Origin: Chromera velia | Lineage: Eukaryota | NCBI GenBank assembly: GCA_018398765.1 | Contig: JAHBMJ010000124.1 | Location: 1-64,000, forward strand | DNA length: 64,000 nt | Reading direction: 5' to 3' | Shown: positions 13,687-33,495 of the stretch, one piece after another | Numbering within the stretch: the stretch's first letter is position 1 | Layout: every line of letters starts with the position of its first letter | Made by a program: the position numbers and the translations under genes | The notes under the pieces: model-generated | What the model saw: only the letters and a program-made list of their open reading frames with translations | The model's database searches: none | What the model was told of the DNA's origin: nothing

Positions 13687-15046
13687 ATCTCAATTAAATT
13701 GTCAGAGATTTTTTTTTTTGGTTATTGTCTAAAACAACTGTTGTTTAGCTGTTGCACGGGTCTTGCACAAGTGTTGCAAGGTGTTGGAGGCCGACGCCGG
13801 CCGTTGAAAAATTAAAAAAATAATAAAATATTATATAGAGTTACAGGTGCTACTTTTCCGAGTAAACTATACTCTAAAGTCTGGAAGCTATGTACTTATT
13901 AATATTTACTATTGAGTAGACTTATATAAATTTAGACATAAATTTATTTGAATCAACCCGTATGATAAGCGTTTATTATTAAGTTACTGGCCGATTTACT
14001 GCATGTTTTGAGTTGCCGACTATACCAACATTTGACATAGCACGACGTTCCCCAGTTGTTAATTAAGGTAGGCATTTATGCAACTTGAATTCAATTGCTA
14101 TTGCGATTTGAATCAGATACATGGATTTGAGAAAACCGTTATTGCACGATATTTTTGTCTTCTTCCGGCAGTGGCGTTTCATCCTCCTCTTTTTTGTTAT
14201 CTACACTCATGACCAGACCTGGATAGACCTGGATGTATGGTGGATTGTATGATGCTAGGCGTGGTGCAAGGTGAACGCCAACTAAGTGGCACGCAGGTCT
14301 AAGGCTTCGGCCTCGATTCCCTCGAACACAATCATGCTAGCAATCATATCATAATGTAATCCTGTAATCCTGTACAAGCTTACAAATAGGCTTATGACGA
14401 TATATAGCGATAGCATATGATAATGATGATAACTTTCATATTATTAAAATCATATAAAGCATGCTTAACTTTTAGAAAAAGGGTTTTCGGAACCTGCTAG
14501 GGGGATAGATATTTTTCTAGATATTTTTGGATAGGGGGGTTACGAAATTTAATTAAATAACTAATAGAAGGGGGGAGGGGGGGGGTTAAAAAGCTTAAAA
14601 ATGATTTTATAACTCTGTAATAACAGAGTTAAAAAAATCTTTAATACGGAGCCCCCAAGCTAGAGAGCCCCTAAAGCCATAACTATTAGTCAGGCTGGTA
14701 TAAAGTAAGCCAATCTCATTAAACATACATTAAAATTTTTGCACACACATATGCAGTTTATTGTAATTTCAGAAGAATGGTACCTAGAATGGTACAGACA
14801 CACATACACAATCTACGTTAATCCACCGTATGATCATCCACGCCGCATACAAACAAACACGCGGCCGGCGTGCTCGCACTCTTGCGGCCTCATTACAACG
14901 AGTGCATTCAAAAACATTCAACCGAGCAGGCAAGTGTATGTAATTAATTGAATGAACCACTCAAATTCCTCTTTCCCTTCAATCACCCGACCAACTACCC
15001 CGGGCCCAACGAATTAATTCTTTTGATCTTTCAATTACACACCTAG

Positions 15047-15080
<34 letters not shown>

Positions 15081-15973
15081 TCACACACACACACACACAC
15101 ACAAACCCTGCGTCTACCGGACGGTCATTCAGTCAGTCACCGTATCAAGGAGGTCTTCCTTCAGGTCTGCCTGTCGTTCGGACAATTGATTACGCGCAAG
15201 TATGCCAGGCAGGCTGACGAACAAAAAAAGAGTCGGTCACACACACACACACATACACACACACTCGAAGTCAGAGAAAGGGGGAGGGTGGTTGTTCTCG
15301 ATTACATACACGCAGACAGGAAGAGGCAGAAAAGATTCGCAGGAGGGCAGGAGAGCCTTATCATACACACTCGCACTGACTCACTCTCTCACACACAAAC
15401 GCACACCCGGCTCTCTCTCTCCCTCCCTGCTTCATTCAATCCTTCCCCTCCCTCCCAGTCAAGATACAAAATCCCGACCGGCCGCAGCAACACACAAGGA
15501 AGGCTCTCCCTCCCTCTCTCCCTCCAGCCTCCCACTCACACACAGAGAGAAGAAACACTCATTCATCAGACAAAAAACGGACAATCAGTCAGTCAGTCAC
15601 ACTCATTCACACGAACACACAGACGGACAGACGGACGGAGAGGGAGAAAGAACAGACGGACAGACCGGAGGACAAAAGCATAATCGAGACGACTGAATGC
15701 ACTGAGACGGACGTACAAGATGAGACATAAGGAAACGGTTCGAGAAGGAAAGAAGACCGAACCCCTCTAATCCATCTGGAGAGATGGATGGACACACACG
15801 CGGTGAGCAGCTGAGTCAGACACAGCCCCCATTCGAACGAAGCCTGCCCAACGAGCCACGCAGACGAAAAAGGAGGAAAAGGAAGCCCGGCAGAGCTGTC
15901 GATCAATCACACTCACCCTCTACTAATCCTTGGTCTCTCTTTCACAGACAACGACTAACTGCAACGCTGCTTT

Positions 15974-16020
<47 letters not shown>

Positions 16021-17864
16021 AAGTCGCTGCGGAAAGAAAAATGTCAAATACCCACGCCCATATCCGATCGACAAAAAGAAAGAAAGAACGAAACAAAAAC
16101 AAGGGGGCCACCGGCGTCAAACAAATCTTGGAGAGAGAAGCGACTTTTTAAGTCAAGAATTTCTCTCTCTCTTTTTTCGGGTGGTTGCCTTTCAGCGCTC
16201 CTCTCTCTCCCTGTCCTCGCTAAAGTAGTCCTTTCTTTCTCCTTCTGCCTTCGCCCTTTCTCTGTTTTCTTTCGTTTGTTTGCGGAGCAAGAACGAAGGG
16301 GCAGCAAAAGCAAGGATGATCGCATTTGTTTGCTTTGCTGTCTATGTACAGACAGGCAGGCTGCACGTCTGCAAGACGTCCTTTTCCAAACTTTTCCTTT
16401 AGCAGAAAAGAAAAGAACCGTAAACACCGAGCCAATCCCGCCTTCGTTTCCTCTCCAAGAGAGAAAAAGAAATTAGTGGCTCCTGAGGCAATAAATAATT
16501 TCGACGAAAGAGGCACGAGGGGGTATTTGTCAATAAGGGGTGCCGCTCCCATTCGATTCCTCTTTCTTCTCCCGCTCCTCTCCACTCTCTTGGGTATGCT
16601 GTCACAAACCTGCGAACTCGGCCAGTCAACAAGAAAGAAGAATTTACACATACATCAGCCATCAGTCAAGTCACTCACCTCTCGCAACTCTGCGATCGGG
16701 CGGGTGTCTTCCTTCCTTCCTTGTCCCATTCCTTTTGCCTTTCCTCGGATTCATTTATGGATACTTCTTACTTTGGTGGTGGTGTCTTTTGCCTTCCTTG
16801 TACTCTCACTCGTTTCTCTCTGTCCTTCCTTCCCTTTTTTGCTCAATGTGAGATTAAGTCAGAAGGGAGGGGGGGGGAAATGCGATTGAACCAGAAATAC
16901 GAGGTGGGGGGGGGGACAAATAAAAAGAAAAGAACAAATCTATATTCGGACTGCAAAGGGGAAAGGCGAAGAGAAGACACGCGAAAAAAGGGAAAAGGAG
17001 GCGGTGAAGAGAAGATGATCCTAATTCGACGAAACAAAGAAAGGTGCCTCCCTCCACCTGCCGCGGACCCTCTCTCTGTCTGTAAGTCCGTCCAGAAGTG
17101 TTTGTCTTTCTTTCTTTTTTTTTCTAATCTGTACAAGCAAGACAGATACGTGGAAATATGGGACACAAAGAGAGCCATTCGATACGGCGTTTCTCTTTTC
17201 ATTCGGTGAATTCCTTTCCTTTTCTCTCTGTTCTTGTGTGTGTGAGAGGGGCAGGGGACCCTTGGACAGACTGGTTTTCCTTCTCAGTCGTCAGTCACCC
17301 TCTCTCCTTCTCCAGTCGATCCTTCGCGTCTCACCCCCCTCAAATCTAGTGATTCATCATTCAATCCACTTCTCTCTCTGTTCGTCTCGTCTGGTGCCAT
17401 CTCGAAAACTCCCGCACTCACAAGAAGAGAAAAAAAGGAAGTGCGGAGTGAAGAACAGCAGAGAGCACAGACGAGGAAAGGAAGACACCACAGGAAGGAA
17501 TAAAGGATCGATCCATCGAGGGAAGGGTAAGAGAGGAGACTTAAGGAAATGTCAAAAACCGGATGAAAGAGAGAGGAGATGCTCATGCACGCAACTAGAG
17601 CACAAAATACGACAAGACAAGATTGTATGATGAGGTTTCAAGTATCTCCTCCTCTGTTGCCTTCCTTCCTTCCTTCCTTCCTTCCTTTCTGTCTCTTCCT
17701 TGTCATGTCGGAAGTTGTTATCAATGAGGGCACGCGAGTGAGTGCTTTCTTTGTTTCTGCATGGGCGCCGCTTATGCGGGAAATACACCCAAAACCACCA
17801 TTGATCGACAAAGACGGACCGCGATTTACAAACCACAAAACAATCAAGCTGCCCATACATACAA

Positions 17865-17901
<37 letters not shown>

Positions 17902-18294
17902 GAGGGGCTGAGGCACTAATAAACAAAAAGACAAACAAACAAACAATCGAATCGATCTACCAAACAACTGAGAGAGGAGCGAGTCCCCCCACTGCCCACC
18001 CAAAGTTCGCTTGAGAGACAACAAACGAAGAAGTGTGTGAAGAACAAGAAAGGTGTTCAATCAAACAAACACACCTTCCCACCTTCCTAGCTCTCCTTCA
18101 ATTCACGGCCCTCACCCTTTCCACCTCTCTTCTTCAGACAAACAGACCGGCAGGGAGGGGGACAAATGCATAAAGAAGCGATTAATTCAAATGAACAGAT
18201 TGACAGATAGAGGGATATGAACACCACACTGATGGGAAAGGTGGCAGGCAAACAGGCAGGCAGACACGCAAGAAGAGCTTGTCCCCCTCCCCTT

Positions 18295-21200
18295 TCATGA
18301 CCCCTCTGCTCCCATCTCAACATCTCCTCCAGAGTCCTTCTCTTCTTTTTCTTTCCCTTCCTCCTCTACCGATGCATCCTTGGAAGGAGCACCAGAGTCT
18401 TCTTCCATCGGCACTGGGTCGTCGTCTTTCTCTTTCTCCTCCTGCCCCTCTCCATCGCCCTCTCCCTCTTTCGAAGTGCCCTCTGCGGGTAGAAGAGAAG
18501 GGAACGCGCTGGCCGCCTGGTGCTGCCCTTGCTCTTGCTGTTGTGTCTCTGCAAGGCGGAGAGTGAGGGAAGACGGCTGAGAAGGAGACGGCCCTTTCCC
18601 TTGCCCCTCCTGTCTCCAGGCCTTGGCCTCTTTATACGCTTCACAAATTCGCGTTCGGATGCTCTCAAGAGACGGGGACGTCTCTTTGAAATCAAGAGCA
18701 GAGAAAAAACGACGACGCAACACAGTGCGCCCATCAGCATCCTTCTCCCACCTCCGGGCAATCCACACACCCCCAGCCTTGCCCCCCGTCTCCACCTCAG
18801 GAACCCACATCACCCCTGTGACTTCACCGGGAGGGGCTAGAACCCAATCAACGGGCAACAGGCACTGCGCGGTCCCCGTGCAATTCTTCAACTGGAGTTC
18901 TACACAATCAGCAGCAGCTCCCTTAGCCCCCTCGAACCCCCACGAGTTGACAGCGTAACTCCTAGACCCCCCCAAGGTCCCCCAGGACCCCGGGATACTA
19001 GGCAATCCAGACTTCTGCTCACGCCAACACGCAACCCAACATTGGGTCGGAAAATCCCATTCGACTCCTGGGATTCCGCTGCAAAATTGGGAGGGAGGGG
19101 TGTCAGTTCCTGCTCTAGTAGGAGGAGCATCTTCGGTCTGGGTCTCTTTCTTCTGCTGCTGGGGAGATTCTGAGGGATCGGAAAGTCGAGTGAAGTCATG
19201 GGGATCGTAAACGGGAGCGCGGTCATCATCATCAGAGCGGACTGGCAAACCGAAACGTCGAACGGCTCTCACTGCTTCTTCTGACATTCTCTCCTGATCC
19301 GCTTCTGTCTTTCTTTTCCCCCCCCGTTTTCCCCCACGACCACGACCACCTGCCTGAAGTTTCGGTCTCTGTTTCAACACCCCATGAGAAGCTCCACCAC
19401 CAGCATGAAGCAACGCACCCCCTTCTCTTCTTCCTGACGAGGCCTGAGGCCCCGAGCGCCCCCCCCTCTTTCCTTTTCTTCGCCCCCTTCCACCGAACAC
19501 TTCCTCTGCTGTCTGACGCGAAGGGTCTAAGGAATTCTGTGCAGTGATCGGTCGAGAGGATCGGTCCTCTGCCAATAGATCGGAAGACGCAAAGGAAAGC
19601 GAGGGGGCATCGAGGGGAACTAGGAAGCCTCGGGAAGGCAATGATGACCCCCCTGCTGCTGCTCCTGTGAAACCAGAAGAAGAGTGCATGGGGTCTGTGA
19701 GAGTTCTTCTCTGCTTCTCAGGGGGGAAAGCATCAGAACGTCTCCGGCCCCTTTCCCTCTCCCCTGCGGCTGACAGATTTTGTGCATCAATCCACTCACA
19801 GCCATCTGCTGCCAATGAGGGCGGGGCAGGGATCAAGCTGGGTACTGGGGAGAAGGGAAAGGGGCGCACACCCGGAGCAAACATCGGATGGGGCATGGCC
19901 GGGAGAACGTGGGGGGGGTGAACCACCAGGGGGTGCTGCACGGATGTGGCAGGCGAGAAAGATGGGGGCGCAGCTGCTGCTGCTGCTCCTTGGTGTCCTC
20001 CCCTTCCTTTTTTCGCAGCTGCGGCCGCGTCTGCATTTTCGGATACGTGGCCGACGGACATGGCCTCCGTTTCATCGAACAGGGGGTGCTCTCTTTCAGT
20101 CACGGCCCCCCGTGCGCGCTTCTGCCCCCCCCCTCCTGTCCTCCCACCATCAGTAATCGATGCGCCGGTGCGGCCACGAGCGGACCTTCTCTGTCTCCCC
20201 CCCCGGGAGGTCTCAGCAGACAGCATAGACGGGGGTATCTCATACAGGGGCTCCATGGGTTCCCCCATGTCAACGCCCTCAATTTCGATATTTTCAAGAC
20301 TTCGGGGTTCATATGTGGAATAGGGGGGGCCTCCTGCTGCTGCATTGATCTGCTCAAGACGTCTGAACTCCTCCAACGCGTCCCTGCACCTCCCTGCCAG
20401 GTCGAGGGCCGTCTCCGTCTCCCCCCCCACAGCCGAAATCCGAAACATTCGCCGTTCCCGAACTCCTCCCGAGGATGTGGCGGGGTCACGAACCTGCATA
20501 GACAGCAAAACAAACACAACAAACAAGAAAGCGAAAGATTTGTCTTTGGACACTCGAATAAGACCGTCTCCCAGAAAAGCATTGCAAGGGGAACACATTA
20601 ACCTTGACGGAAAGGCTATGCGTGCGTTCGGGTTGCTCGTCTCTTCCCGTCCTTCTCAGTCGGGAGCAAGTCACAACGAGGCGGACAGACTCACTGACTG
20701 AAAAAAAAAAAACTAAAGAGAAAGGATGCGCAGTCTTCCTGCGCCATGGGTGAAGCCCGTATTGTGCCAGATGCTTGCAAAGAAAAGAAAAGATGCGCCT
20801 ATTTTTGTCAGACAGACCTCATATGCCTCCATGCCTGCATTGAAATAGACTCCCCGGCGGGGACCTCCCCTCTCGGCTGGACGTCGTGAACGGGCCCCCC
20901 GTCCCCCTCTCTCTGTTCTCCTTTCCGTCTCTTCAGGAAAGTCTTCTAAGTCCTCTCCCATCTCCTCAAGGTCATTGTGCTCCCCCTCTGTACCACCCTC
21001 TCGCTTGGCCCTAGTTTGAGATACCGACCCTCGAGAACGCCTTCCAGCCCCCCTACCTCCGACTGCGAGGGCAGAAGGGAGACGACTAACGGCACTAGGA
21101 CGATCAGACATGCTCTCTCCCTCTCCTCCCCCCCCCTCCTGGTCACTCCCATCTGGATTGCGCACCCACTGCGCGGACTGGGAATCTCGCTGCATTTCCA

Positions 21201-22230
21201 TCCTGCACCTCTGAGCCATCTCGAGGGCCTGGTTCGGTCCGTAAATCGCGGTCTGAAACCGTTTGGCCTTGCGCTTACCATCCGCATACCACCATGCAGT
21301 CCATGCCGCATGGGTTGCATCCCATGTGACCCCCTTCATTCCCGACCTGGTACCGAACCGGCTCCTTTCAAGGGAAGCAGACGACGCCCCCGCCCCCGCC
21401 CCCCCACGTGAAACGCCCCCTCCCGCCGCAGCGGAGGAAACGATAGATCTCTCCAAATGCTCAGGGGGGGCAGAGTCACGGGGCACTGGGGCTCTTGAAG
21501 AAGAACGAACGACAGAACCGCCCCCATGAGAGGGGGGGGAATAAGGCGGGGGCTGAGAAGGCCTTTCGTGTTGTTCTCGTGCAAACGGGGAGGGGGATCT
21601 CGGTTGTGACTCCTGTTCTTGTTTTTCTTCTTCTTCTTTCGGCTCCTCTTTGTCCTTCTCCTTCTCTTTGTCCCCAACACTCACAGCGGTGGTGGCTGCA
21701 GAAACGCCTAACTGTGCGCCACTCTCTCCCTCTCCCTCTCCACTCGCTGCGGCTTCCTGTATCGAAAGACCAACTGCTCCGTTTTTCTGGGATCCTCCTG
21801 CGCCCTCCTCCTTTTCTTCTGAAGGATTTGCATCCCCTTGTTCTTCCTGCTGCCCTGCCAGATCGAGGGCAGGGGACGACTGTGCAGTGGGTGAATCTGA
21901 AAGTCCCTCTGCTTGTTTTCCCCCCGAAGTCCCCGCGTCTCGAGAGGAAGAAGAAGGATGCTGGGGGGCACTTCTGGAAGCGTCATCCAGTCGAGGCACA
22001 TCCTGCAGAAAGAGTAAAAGACAAATTGTACTTTTCTTGAACCAAAAGAAGGGGAACAGGGGCACTAGAGGGCTTGGAACAAGGAGAGAGGCGCTAACCT
22101 TTTTCGGTGGGTCACAAAGAGACGGCTTCCCATCTACCGGAGACTTGGCCAAGTCTCCGCCTCCCTCTCTCCCGGTATCCTCGTATGCTTCCTGCGGCTG
22201 TGAGGAGGCCTCTGCTGGGTCTCGCGTCAT
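18295..22230 (-). CDS. ApiAP2-family transcription factor with ~4 AP2 domains; join(22230..22099,22002..20818,20493..18295)
   Basis: AP2-like segments SGMKGVTWDATHAAWTAWWYADGKRKAKRFQTAIYGPNQALEMAQRCR; RGVYFNAGMEAYE|VRD...RMFRISAVGGETETALDLAGRCR (split by an intron); SGIPGVEWDFPTQCWVACWRE...RSYAVNSWGFEGAKGAA; VTGVMWV...WIARRWE...RRRFFS...AYKEAKAWR. Separated by low-complexity linkers. GT-AG phase-0 introns. Confidence 0.85.
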
Positions 22231-22770
22231 GATGCCAGAATGAAGCTATAAGGTCTGTAGGGTAGTCAACGTGGGGCGTTGGTGGCTGTGGAAAAGGACT
22301 AAGTCTTAAACAGGACTGGTGGGGGAGCAAATCAAATGAACGAGAAAGGGTCCCACTCACTCGCAACCTTCACTCCTTTATGGCAGACCTCGTCTGCCTA
22401 GCGTGAGAGGAACATGTTCGGTCAAGGTCGGACAAGAGAAATAAGGGTACACGAAACGCAAACGGAAAACGGACAGTCGATCAGAACATGACAGCAAAAT
22501 AAGGAAACTCAAGAAGAATTGATCACGGCTCTGAAGCTCATGAGATTTCTCAGAAAACAACTGAGCCACACTTTAAAGAATCACTACAAAAAGGCGGACA
22601 CACACGCTAGCTACATTCCTGATGCTTGCAGAATGGCACAATGTCCTCAGTTCCACCGAAGAGGAATCAAGACGTTGCCACATGGCAGGCCTGTTTTTGG
22701 GTTGCTGTTTGACCGTTAAACTGCAACTTTTTTGTTGCAGGTTGCAGAGTTGCACTCCGGCGTGCGTCTG

Positions 22771-22916
22771 CCCCCGGAAAGCGAAAAACACGGCAAATTC
22801 TTATGTGTAAGTGCCAGCAGAGATGATTTTCCGGGGCCGCTCAGATCCTTTACTCCAAAGAGTTCTATCGCTTTCCGGGGCCATCCGGGGCCCTTTTCTG
22901 AATTCTTTCCGGGGCC
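22771..22916. promoter_or_regulatory. Cluster of TTTCCGGGGCC motifs in the divergent ApiAP2/KATNAL2 promoter
   Basis: Exact copies at 22828, 22872 and 22906, variants at 22771 and 22883. The same motif occurs three times upstream of GPATCH3. Confidence 0.5.
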
Positions 22917-23130
22917 ATGCAATCACAACTGCATGGCTGCACGCATGGCGAAGAATGTTGCCGATGGAAGTCTGCAGGAGTCTGCTGAAAAACCATACGC
23001 ACCCTGCACATGCAGGATTCGATCAAGGAAGAAGGAAGCGGGGATTGATATTTTCACCTTCCTGACTAACAGCCTCTGCAAAAGCAGTGAGGCAAGTCCA
23101 TCAGGCATTCACTCCATCAAACAGTCGAGG

Positions 23131-30546
<7,416 letters not shown>

Positions 30547-31149
30547 GGGGGGTCCGGAAAAGCAAACGGCTTTCAATTTAAACGGGCTTTGTGCTCCTTG
30601 TAAAACACTTTTCTGGCATAAATCTATGCTTTCAAAGCGGAAGTGATTATACTAATAACCGCAGAATAAAAGAAAAGCGCATAAATAAACAAAAATTACT
30701 TAATACTGTGGTTAAATATTATTTTACCTATAGCACTGGCATTCTAGTTATCATTGCTCAAGCTGGTATCATCGAAGTACTGCTAGCATCAATAACCACT
30801 TTTATTGTAGGTAAGCCTTGAACTGTCAACTAGAGTGCTAGCTAGACTGTCAATAATATAAATTAATTGACTCAGTAGGCTTTTTATAAATTATAAATTA
30901 ACGCGTTTCATAATGACCACGTTCTTAATAATTAATTTTATGTTTGTATGGACGTTTGTATTTGCATGCGTTAATTAGCAGAAAAACTGGAAGGAAAAAA
31001 CCTATATATTTGAATTTTTGAATTGAATGAATTGAATGTATACCACTAGGCATAGTATTACTTGAACGTGTAAAGTAGTAAAAGAGAATGAGAATAGTTG
31101 AAGCAGAGCTACCAAAACAAGACAATCAAGATTTTCTAAGCTGTGTTGG

Positions 31150-32669
31150 TTAGATGTCTTGCTCGAAAACAGTCACATCCACCAGAATGGCAGCCCCGAG
31201 AAGCACATTCCTCATTGGGTCGTCGGCATCGTCAGGGAAGGGAAGCGCGTAGACGTTCTTCCGAGTGCAGCACTCAGCCTTCAGCCCCGCCCACCTGCAT
31301 GCCAATATAGAACCGGAAAGATCGGCCAAAGTTCAGTATGACAGCTACAGTTGTTGAATGTTCAAATGGACAGATGCATCCCCCGTCATCTTCATTACCA
31401 TTGCCCGGTGTAGCCAATTCATGGAGTGCGGCGCTGTCACCATCATATAGCCGCGTAGCAGGTTACCCAAATGCCCCGGCTGCAACTCCCAGCAACGACC
31501 CATTCTCGGCAAGCACTAAGAAAAGCTGGGTAAGGACGTTCAATCAACTCACCCATCGATCAAACGAACACAAGACGTACTTCCATGTAAATCTCTGACC
31601 TTCCGGCCAAAAATCACAAAAGCCTATAATGCATGATCAAATTTCTCTATCATTCTGAGTGTGAGTGCGGGAGGGACAGTGAGGCCATCCAACGGCTCTC
31701 GTGAAAAGGGTGCATGAGTTCGGAACACATGAGAAATTCATCAATCAGCAACAGAGAGAAGGAAGAGGCAACAGCAGAAACCTCGAAGCAACAACGCCCA
31801 ACGCACAAGAGGGATGATGCCAGGATGTTTTACATGCAAATAAAGAATATGGAAGGAATTCGAACCAGTGTAAATCAGAGTAAACGGATCAAATGCATGA
31901 CGTACCGATCCTCAATCGCAACGTTCCCGTTGTTGATCTTCACGTCGGTCTGAGGGTCTCTCAGATAGAAAGGGATCCGGCAACACTTGCTGTTCTTCCC
32001 GTCGCACTTGCATGCCACACAGCAACCAAGACAGCATGTGTCTGGACGAATTCTGTACCTCTCTCGTCCGGAGGCATCGCTGACTGCGTACTTCGGCACA
32101 CAGCACATCTCATCGCACAGGTACCGGGTCCTTCCCTGCAGTTCTTCGCCCTTCCAAGTCTCCAGGTAGGGCAGGTTGCAGCAGCACGGAATTCGAATGC
32201 TCCCCCCGTCAGTGGCTAGAAGGAAAACGTTGACGCCGTTCGTTGCCCTCTTCCGGTGGGTCATTACGGGAACTCCCACGGGTTGAGTGCCTGAAAAGAC
32301 CTCGTACGTGATTGGACGGGCGCCTGGCGTGCAGTAGGAGCAAGCTCGTCCACACCAAGGGGACTTTTCTTTGACGAAAAAAAGGGTCTTGAAATCGCGA
32401 AGGTCCTCATGAGAAAAGTCCTCCCGGTAACTGTAGACGCGCCAATCGATTTCGGGCTGGCAGCAGCAGCACCTGCAGCACTCTGAATTGTCCTGTTTGA
32501 GAATGAAGCCTTCCATGTCTGCAAGCATTCTCTGCTGTAGAGGTACCCTTTCGCTTCTGCTCGCAGGCGATTGTTCGTTCCCAAATTTTTTGGGATCCAT
32601 GGGAACCCGCTCCAGCTCCAGGCGGGGAGCTGTGGGGCGTCTCTCGAACTCGCCCTCCTCCTTCAACAT
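31150..32669 (-). CDS. Phospholipid scramblase family protein; join(32669..31906,31294..31150)
   Basis: Cys-rich scramblase-like sequence (FFVKEKSPWCGRACSYC, IPCCCNLPYLE, CCLGCCVAC). C-terminal exon RWAGLKAECCTRKNVYALPFPDDADDPMRNVLLGAAILVDVTVFEQDI*. Phase-2 GT-AG intron. Confidence 0.85.
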
Positions 32670-33495
32670 CGTTCGATCGTTCAATTCAACAATTGATCGA
32701 TCCTCACGACTCGAAGCAACCAGGTTGGGTAAATGTGCTCGTGCAGTCGGTGCGTCTAAATCTGATTCTCTGAGGGTCTGCGTCCGAGTCTGCAGAACCC
32801 GGCCTGCAATCAGAGTAGTTGGGTCATCTGGCTGTCATCGATCGATTCGATCATACATGCATTGATCGCGACTCGATCGATCGATCGATCGATCCGCATG
32901 CATGCATGAAAAAAAAATTAAAATTAATTATTATATAATAAAGTTTGAATACAGAGTGCATGCGCCTCGGAGGGCAATTCCTCACCATTCCTCACGCGCA
33001 AAGAGGCCCACAGAAAAAAAAACGCATAACAGCTTCTTCAGACGCCCGCGCGTCCCGTACGCGTGCACACGGATGCATGCATATGAGATCCAAAGCATGC
33101 ATGCAAATCAAGGTAAGACAGGTTCTCTTCATCCATCCTTTTGAGAAGGTCACAAGACCCCTCGCGGAGGTTGACGCTGACCTTCTGGCATACTGCTGAG
33201 TCGTAGATGAGCGAAGACCCTTTCTGAAAATGCGAATGAATCATCAATCCGTTCCGTCAGACGTTCTCTTTCGAACACAAACGTCCGTCCCTACCAAATC
33301 AGACTGACACTTCCCTTAAAGAGAGTCCTGTGAAAGATCCGGAAACATCTGTCCGACACCCCAGGAACTACACACAGAAGACCACCACACTCCAAACAGA
33401 ACCCAAAAGAATCTAAATCCGCTTAAATCCTTCTCAAAACTCCTCGCCAAAGCCCAGAACCAACCAGACCAAAGAGGGAAACAGGAGAAGGTCCC

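Noticed and set aside
14950..18290. Numerous 60-230-aa ORFs
   Set aside because: Microsatellite-rich low-complexity sequence with no coherent exon chain or domain; more likely UTR or intergenic.
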